Position numbers and translations under genes: made by a program
Shown here: positions 54,955 to 64,000 of the stretch, in pieces
Numbering within the stretch: position 1 is the stretch's first letter
Layout of the letters: every line of letters starts with the position of its first letter
Origin: Chrysomallon squamiferum
Taxonomy: Eukaryota; Animalia; Mollusca
DNA: 64,000 bases
Direction: 5' to 3'
Assembly (NCBI GenBank): GCA_012295275.1
Contig: CM022677.1
Coordinates: 2,790,001 to 2,854,000, forward strand
Notes under the pieces: model-generated
What the model was told of the DNA's origin: nothing
Database searches by the model: none
What the model saw: only the letters and a program-made list of their open reading frames with translations

Positions 54955-55890
54955 AATGGATAGGGTTAGGGTTAAATTTGGGGTTTTGTTCAGTGTAGGG
55001 TTACGTTCAGGGCTATTGTTTGTGTTAGGATTAGAGTTAGGGTTAGGGTTTATGCTAGGTATCAGGTTAATGTTAGATTTAATTACTTATTTACATAAAG
55101 AGACTTCTGATGTAAACCTTGAAACATTTATGATGACTTTTGCAATAAAATAGTTAACTACTTTCATTTAAAAATTTTTACACTTGATCAGTGATCTTAT
55201 CGAATTTTAAGAACTTTTTTTTCTCAAAATATGGACTTGCAAAATGTTTAAGGATCAGTTTGAACATAAAATGTAAAATAGTTTTCATTAGGATCAATAT
55301 TTTACTCATTATATTGTGAGATATAAGGTTATGACTAGGGTTTGTGTAAGGGACAGCATTAAGGTTAAGGTTAGGGTAAATGTTAGACTTAAGTATCTAT
55401 TTTTAATCAAGAGACTTTTCATATAAAACTTTAGAAATTCATAACAAATATTAGCATAAAATGTTTCTAAAAAATGTTTGAATTGCACAAGGGTTAGAGT
55501 TATTTATTTCTCTCAAAATACTTTTCTCTTAAAACTTAAAAAAATGTCATGATGAGTAATAAGATAAAATTTAAAACAACTTTCATTTAAAAGAAAAAAT
55601 AACATCGGATAGTACAAAAAGAGTGTTATGATATATCTTATTTTGATAAATCTATAATTCCTGCTTTTGTTCAAATAAGGTTACAGGTAGGGTTAGCATT
55701 AGCTTTAGGGTTAGTAATGATTAGTGATCAGGGTTAGCATTAGCTTTAGGGCAATGTAATGATTAGTGATCAGGGTTAGCATTAGCTTTAGGGTTAGTAA
55801 TGATTAGTGATCAGGGTTAGCATTAGCTTTAGGGCAATGTAATGAATAGTGATCAGGGTCAGGATAAAATTTTAAAAATAACTTTCATTT
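54955..55890 (+). repeat. second cluster of TTAGGG-like modules, including a 41-42 bp repeat (55690-55860)
   Basis: GGGTTAG-rich tracts alternate with AT-rich blocks as at 45-46.7 kb; TCAGGGTTAGCATTAGCTTTAGGG...TGATTAGTGA x4. Confidence 0.8.
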
Positions 55891-56248
55891 GAAAGCCATG
55901 CATGCAAAAAGACAGATTTAGAGTCCGAGAAACACTAGCAATAACGTCACAGAAGACAGACAGACAGACAGACAAATACATGCATGTCTTCATACATGAT
56001 TATACATCCAACCTGTGCATGCATGTTGACAGAAACACATATAACGCAACGGAAAGTAAGTCATTCGAATGAATAACAACCAACTCGTAATAAATGTTGA
56101 TTCATTCATGTTTTTGTACACGTACAACGAAATAACGAACGTGTGTAGATGCTAAAGATAACGTATAGGCCTACATATGCACTGTTGAGTCGTTTTAATA
56201 AATGAACGAAATAAAGAATAAATAAATAAATAATTAAAAAATCACATA

Positions 56249-56282
<34 letters not shown>

Positions 56283-56451
56283 TTTGTTTCGTTAGTGACA
56301 TCGTAAAGTAGTTACTACTAATATTACTTTTCTGCTTCTCATTATTACTGAACGCCCTTACAGTATGTGTTTGTTCTACTTTGTTATTGTAATTTCAGTT
56401 ATTACTATTGTTGTTGTGTTAATTTGTCCTTGTCTTTCAGTATAAAGTATG

Positions 56452-56520
56452 ATCTAGATCACTGGTTTTCAAACTTTTTCATACCGTGACTCAATATGAC
56501 TGATGACCCATTTAAAATTT
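56452..56520 (+). mobile_element. possible hAT-Charlie-type terminus
   Basis: ATCTAGAT (Charlie-type NTCTAGAN target) directly followed by CACTGGTTTTCAAACTTTTT..GTGAC; partner end not found. Confidence 0.35.
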
Positions 56521-56622
56521 TTGATTCAGTAATATCTAAGGTATTTATATTTTTCATCATCCAGAGACAGTAAAAACGGAATCTATATTCACTATGACAA
56601 GTCCCAAACCTATCTACATGTT

Positions 56623-56680
<58 letters not shown>

Positions 56681-57472
56681 TTGTTAAATATGTCTAGACT
56701 TACGGAGATGGTAGGGTTTCAATCAGAATAAGTGTACGAATAAGTTAAATGTTTGGTTAAAAATAAATTAATGTGAATAAACATATTATTAAATAATTAA
56801 TTTCTTTAAAACAATTTTATAATTTATTTTTAATCATGTGTAATGTTCATCAGTGAATTAGCTCATTTATTGTGAAACTACATTCATAACTTCCAAGCAC
56901 CATCTGTATAAACAGAATTTAATTTTATATATTGTCCTTTACCTGAGCAAAAAACATCAAATCTTTTGTGATCTATAAGGACATTTCCTGCACGCTTGAT
57001 AACGTCACTTCACGAATAATCAACGTTATTAGGTAATCAGACTGGTGTAAACAGGGCGGTTTTGTTTAAGCATTTGATTAATCAAAGTAAGTAATTATAC
57101 TAGAAATGTTTAATGTACATGCAAATAGATAATTTATATTAGTTGGTTGCTCTTTCTCATCTTTTTATTTTTTTATTTGTTTAATCTTAGGTGGAAAAAA
57201 AAGAAAACTTTCTAATTCCGAGGTTGTCAAATGTTACCGAAGTTATTAAATTATTCCAATTCGAAAAATAGCTATGGTTAATATTATTAATACCTTAAAA
57301 GAACTCTGTCATATTAAAATTGATGTTCATTGTAATCCTTTTCTTAGATCATTATTTTTTAATTCATAACAAATGTACATAAGATATATAATTCTGAAAT
57401 ACTATGGTACAAATGAATACGATTATAACATAATACAAGAATATCAAAATACTGAGTTACTTATAAACATGT

Positions 57473-57663
57473 AAAAGACGACTGATGCAGATTATAATAA
57501 AACCAATTGATGATAACATAAACACAGTTAACTTTCCCTGCTGTGTTGAAAAAGACGACTGATGCAGATTATAATAAAACCAGTTGATGATAACATAAAC
57601 ACAGTTAACTTTCCCTGCTGTGTTGAAAAAGACGACTGATGCAGATTATAATAAAACCAATTG
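57473..57663. repeat. 77 bp tandem repeat, ~2.4 copies
   Basis: GACGACTGATGCAGATTATAATAAAACCA at 57477, 57554 and 57631. Confidence 0.93.
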
Positions 57664-57978
57664 AGTTCAGTTAAATGCTGAAAGTTGAGAAAACCTCAGT
57701 TGAATAAACCCGCAGTCAGACTGTTCAAACCATTGCTTTTGGCATAATGTTTGTTTCTGTTTGTCTATTACACTGAACTACCTTTGTATTTGCCACATGG
57801 TTGTGCTGACAAATGCACATCAAATGTTGCTTTCTCCCTGCATGATATCATGTTAATGGTACCATTTAGTGCTGTTTATTCGAATAATCCTAGGAACACA
57901 TGGTCACTTGTTGACTGTGCGCTTTCATTTTCTTCAAAATGTGACATGACACTTCCTCTCTTTACTGTAACAGTCACA

Positions 57979-58396
57979 CTGTCGAAGGTTGAAGAGTGTG
58001 ACCAGGACAGGCACACTCAGTCGCTTTGTTGTTAGTCACATTATCTGATGCTGCTCACAGTTAAGTAGATAAATCAAACTGTCTGTCGAAGGTTGAAGAG
58101 TGTGACCAGGACATGCACACTCAGTCGCTTTATTGTTAGTCACATTATCTGCTGCTGCTCACAGTTAAGTAGATAAATCAAACTGTCTGTCGAAGGTTGA
58201 AGAGTGTGACCAGGACATGCACACTCAGTCGCTTTATTGTTAGTCACATTATCTGCTGCTGCTCACAGTTAAGTAGATAAATCAAACTGTCTGTCGAAGG
58301 TTGAAGAGTGTGACCAGGACATGCACACTCAGTCGCTTTATTGTTAGTCACATTATCTGCTGCTGCTCACAGTTAAGTAGATAAATCAAACTGTCT
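57979..58396. repeat. 104 bp tandem repeat, 4 near-identical copies
   Basis: GTCGAAGGTTGAAGAGTGTGACCAGGAC... at 57981, 58085 and onward. Confidence 0.95.
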
Positions 58397-59789
58397 CTCC
58401 CTGTATTCACAGAGATCACAAAATCAACAAGTTGTTTCCTTTGTTGCTTTTTTTTGATTTTATTAAAATACTTTTATAAAAATATTTCCATATATTGGTT
58501 GTTATTTTCATTTTTTATTCAGTAATATTTTATTGTTATCTCATAGTATATTTGTTATACAGAGAGAGTTATAGATGTTAGTTTCATTTAATTTTTAAAC
58601 TTCCCCCTTTTTTTGCTATTCTTGTGTTGTAGGTTTTTTTTTTAACTTTTTAACTTTTTGTTTGTTGTTTTTTTCTTTTTTTAATAATGTTTTTTAAAAT
58701 CTGCATTTTGTTAGAATGCTAAAATTGTTTTTGTTCTTTAATCTAGAACTTATGTTTTAAATATATAGGTTTGTATTTATTTTGGTACTGTTAATCATTA
58801 CTGCACACATAAATCATTTTGTGTATTTTGTTATCTGCTTCAACCAAAAAAATTACTTTTTAAACTTATTTATATGGCTGGTACTGTTCATTATAAAAAA
58901 AAAAAAAAAATTTTTTTTTTTTTTTATATACTGTTGTGTTTAAATTTTATTGTAATGTTTAAGAGAATATTTTAAATTTTATTTATTTTTACTTGTAGAA
59001 CTCAATGTATTAGTTTTAATATTTGGATGTTTTACACGCATTCAGTGTGCTAGTATGGTATTGTGATACAATAAATATCTTAATAAAGTACAAATCACAA
59101 TTTTGTTTTACTTTATTTAGTTTATAAGAGTTCTAAGTTTTACATAATATTTTTGAAAACTTTTGAAATGTTAAAGAATGTGATCATAGTCCATGACAAG
59201 AAACTTCCTGGGTAGACTCTAACTGAACACAGCAATGTTGATGAAAGGATTACCTTGAAACGTTTTAGTTTGAAAAAAGTCTTTATGGCATATTTGTTTG
59301 AATATTTATTTAAAATGTAGGAAAACATAAATAATTTAAAATGTCCAACAATATCTTAATTTTTATTTAATTTATCTTATCTCAGAGTTTTTTGTTTAAT
59401 GTATCGCAAAATGCAATATGGTCATCAAAGAAGCTTTAAGCAAGAAACTTGGTTTGGAAAGTTTTTAAGGTTTATTTCACTGGGGGTGGTGCCAGAGTGG
59501 GACCTGTAAATCTGGTATCTGCCAATTTACAGGTTGAACATGTTGAAAATATTGAAATACCAAATCTCTTTTCTAGACTGGATGTGAGAGTAAAATCAGT
59601 ACCTGTGAATTCATACTACATCACAATTGTTTTTATTACTAGTTGGGTCCATCAGTCTCTAAAATGATCAGTTATAACTCAGCTTTATTTTGCGCCAAAA
59701 CGCAATTATCACTGAAATTCTATAAATTATATTATTACTGCCATTACTACCACTATCTTTGTATCTGATATATTTACTAATTATTACAG

Positions 59790-60271
59790 CTTATATAATG
59801 ATAATGATGATGATGTTGCCATTGTCATTACTACTACTACTATTGGGCAGGTTCCTATATCTATCACAGTAATATTATTTTTGAAAGAAAGTTATATAAT
59901 GATAATGATGATGATGTTGCCATTGTCATTACTACTACTACTATTACAAGTAGTACTACTACTGCTGCTGCTGCCACTACTAATTCTTCTACTATAACTA
60001 CCATCAACTTAAATACAACTTATTAGTATCATTATTATATTATTATTACTATTGTTATTATCATTATAATGTTTTATTAATACTACTAATACTCTACTAC
60101 TACCACTACCTACTACTACTGCTACTGCTACTACTACTACTACTACTACTACCACTACTAATTCTTCTACTATAACTACCATCAACTTAAATACAACTTA
60201 TTAGTATCATTATTATATTATTATTACTATTGTTATTATCATTATAATGTTTTATTAATACTACTAATACT

Positions 60272-60335
<64 letters not shown>

Positions 60336-60660
60336 ATACAACTTATTACTATTGTTACTCATTATAATGTTTTATTAACTACTAATACTCTTCTACCACT
60401 ACTACTACTACTACTGCTACTACCATACAACATACTACTAATTCTACTATAACTACCATCAATATAGCTACAACTATTACTAGTATCATTAGTATTATAT
60501 TATTATTACTACTGTTATTATCATTGTTTTATTAATACTACTGCTACACTACCTGCTATTATTACTACCACAACTACTACTGCTATTATTATTATAATGA
60601 TTACTATTATCATCATCATCACTTTTATCATTATTATTGTTGTTGTTGTTGTTGTTGTTG
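59790..60660. repeat. duplicated (ACT)n/(ATT)n low-complexity blocks
   Basis: CTACTAATTCTTCTACTATAACTACCATCAACTTAAATACAACTTATTAG block recurs around (CTA)n tracts. Confidence 0.85.
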
Positions 60661-61433
60661 TACACAGTTATGTTATCAGTGCGGTAGTAATTCAACCTCT
60701 AAATGGATGTATCGTCAAAGCAGACTGAAGCAAAGCTCTGCTGGTGAAGGTTTATTAATATTCAGTCTGTTTCATCGTAGAATGTATCCATTTTTATGTC
60801 AAGCCAGGACGATTCGGGCGAATCATTCAGATAGAGAAGTGACAGTGAAAGTATGAAAATAACTTCTTTTTCAAAATCATTTATTTATTGCCTGTTTCTT
60901 CCAGCAAAAAATATTTATTTATAATAAGGCAAATTTCATGTTGTATATTCTAGTCTTGTACAGTAAGGTGTTATGAAAGAAATGAACTCCTGGTTTCCAA
61001 TTACATTGTTCCTGTTTCATCCTAATTAAATATAAGTACTCCTGTTGCAGTCTAAATGGCTTTTATTTTATTTTTCTCTAGTGCTGATAAATGGTGTTTA
61101 AGACATACATACATACACTGAGAAACTGAGAGTTACATCTCCTCACACTTGAGCTAGGCTGCTAAATCCACTGAAATTAGAAGTGATAGAAACAGGAATG
61201 AAAGGTTGTTTTGTATTGTATGATACCATTATACCATCATGCAATAAATTATTCACATTGCTGATCTCAGTTACTTGTCTCGTAGGATCTGATGATCTGT
61301 TTGTTATTCGGTACAGTAAATTTATCACTCAAAGATCGTAATGTCCGTTTAAATGCACATACTTTCGATCGTTCATTATTTTCTTTTTTCTTTCTTTAAT
61401 TTTAATTTTATTATTATTATTTTTTTTTAGTTT

Positions 61434-61467
<34 letters not shown>

Positions 61468-61715
61468 TTTATGTTTCTTTATTTATTATTATTTTTATTT
61501 ATTTATTATTATTTTTTTTATTTTATTATTTTTTTTTTGGTCAGATAGTTCAAAATACTTAAAATTGATACAGTATTTGTTGCACGGTGCTAACCCTGCT
61601 GTATAAATAAACATATTTATAAGAACAACATACTAACTCAGAAGTCAATAAACAAAAAATAAAAATTAAATGTTGCCGATGACACAATCGAGTGAGGCTA
61701 CAGTATGACAATAAC

Positions 61716-61766
<51 letters not shown>

Positions 61767-62597
61767 CAACAACAGCAGCAATACTAATACTAATACCAAT
61801 GCTGCTGCTGCTACTGCTGCTACTACTACTATATTATCTATATGTGTGTATATATGTAAGTATGTATGTATGTATATGTTTATGTTTGTGTGTGTATGTG
61901 TGTATATATGTAAATGTATGAATGTATGTGTGTTTTTGTGTGCATATGTATGTATATATACATATGTTTGTGTACCAATCACCATTTTAAATATACCAGT
62001 ATTTCTGACACTTTATCCATTTACTGAAAAAATTGTCGTATATACACAAAGCACACACACATACATATGTATGTATGTATATGTGTGTGTTTGAGTGTGT
62101 ATGTGTCACTATATATGAATATATATTTATTTATTTCTATGTAGTTATAGACATGTAGATATATACACATATACAGAGAAACAGATATTTATTATTTATG
62201 TATATATTTATTTGATTTGTTTTTTATTTATTTATTTATTTATTTATTTTTTATTACTATATTTTGTGTGGTTAATTTACATTTACATGTGTGAATCTCC
62301 TTATACATAAACTTCAGCTGGTTGTCAGCTTTGTAAACATTTTTCTGTTGCACTTTATTGTAATCTACAGCATCATTCTGCAAATTGACTGAGTTAAAAA
62401 TGTCACATAGGTATACCAGATTGTTTGTGTTCTCAGTTTTGCTGATGTTCTTGTAAGCTTGTATGCAAGTTGTTTGGTGAAGAGTATGGACACCTTCACA
62501 ACAGGTGTGTGTGTTAAACAACGCTGAAACAATGACAACTAGGTATTGTTACAGCAAACAAACATTCATGTTTGTTGTTTTAGTCATATTGGATTTA

Positions 62598-62649
<52 letters not shown>

Positions 62650-63732
62650 AAGCTGTACTTATATATATATTAATTAGGTTTCACAAATGTGAGCGCTTTA
62701 GTGATATCATAGATTTCTACAACATCCAGGAAGATGAAAAAAATATATAAAAAAATAAATAAAAATAAATAAATATATAAAAAAATGAAATGATATTAAG
62801 CAAAATAGCACACACACACACACACACACACAAACGGGAGAAACATCAACTCTCTTTGCAATACGTGTTAATGTATGCTATTATTTCTGTAGCTCTTTAA
62901 TTATCTCTCTCTCTGGCTGTTTCATATATTACCCTTCTATTCTTTATTAACATGCAGACACAATAAAACGTTAGATATATGCAGTTTTTCATGAGCATAG
63001 TTAGTAATAATATTAACAATAATAACAACAGTGATGATGATGATAATAATAATAATAGATTAAAACGTGTGTTATCATTGCAGAAGGTGGTGAAACAATA
63101 AACTACTGTGAATATGACTATTATGTTATGCTGCCCGGCAAATTTGTTAAACTGGAGAATAAATGTTTAGACTGCTACTGCAGAGACGGTTTCCTTTCTT
63201 GCTGTTGGTATGTGCTGTCTTGCACTGATGTTTAATGAGACCATTGTGATGGACAATATAAAGCTGTTTCTGTTGTTGTTTCTGCTGTATATGATGATGA
63301 TGATGGTTACAGTTTCAAAATTTCCATTAGTCAGTCTCTCTCTCTGTGAATGTATGAGACATAAATTACATATACAGAAACACATATGTATATATATCAG
63401 TCCAACAAAAACAGCAAACATTTTTTGAAAACAAATGATGAAATTTATGGTGATATCTTTCTTTTTTAATTACAAACATTTTATTATTTTTTTTTTTTTT
63501 TGGGGGGGGTCATATTTTGTAATACAAAGATATAAATTTAATTTAAAGAAAATTGAAACGAAACAAAAAACCCAAAGAAACAAAGAAAGAATGAAACAGC
63601 AAGGAGATTTGACTTTTTTATTTTCAAAATACTGTTTGAATTTGGATTTATCTACACTAATTAAAGGTGCATTCGCGAGTGATGTTGTTCTTATCCATGA
63701 ACATCGGCTCACAGTTGTCTCCCTTTTTCATG

Positions 63733-63841
<109 letters not shown>

Positions 63842-64000
63842 CTGTGTCTGTCTTCTAAGATATTCCAAGACAATATTCCTGTGCATTTTTACCAAATGTT
63901 CTAACTTGAGGTATCTGAAGAGACACTTCACTGGATCTTGCATTTATATTATGTTTGGATCTAGTTAATTTGAAAACAGTAGTTAGGTAACCGGGGACTG

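Noticed and set aside
58894-58925. A-run directly followed by T-run hairpin (also 3299-3335)
   Set aside because: Homopolymer juxtapositions are common in AT-rich DNA and error-prone in assemblies.

Overview
AT-rich, microsatellite-dense animal genomic DNA (probably invertebrate; taxon not determinable here) with one 200-N scaffold gap. Nearly all ORFs in the supplied track are repeat artefacts. Reading through splice sites and frameshifts shows a region of decayed genes: (1) a multi-exon ankyrin-repeat pseudogene (- strand, ~4.1-8.6 kb); (2) an intronless prolyl 4-hydroxylase alpha copy with a frameshifted N-half and an open catalytic C-half (+, 10.2-11.4 kb); (3) a second spliced pseudogene with phase-consistent exons and in-frame stops (-, 18.7-22.2 kb); (4) weaker exon and promoter remnants at 42.6-52.1 kb and 57-64 kb. 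DNA-transposon fossils include a FLYWCH-MULE (Phantom-like) transposase wedged between a ~9.4-kb 46-bp satellite and an 18-bp array, a second MULE fragment nested in minisatellites, and a Sola1-type transposase preceded by an OTU-like domain. There are also decayed tRNA-derived SINE copies and TTAGGG-like repeat modules. No clearly intact gene was found. All family calls rest on manual motif recognition, with no database searches.
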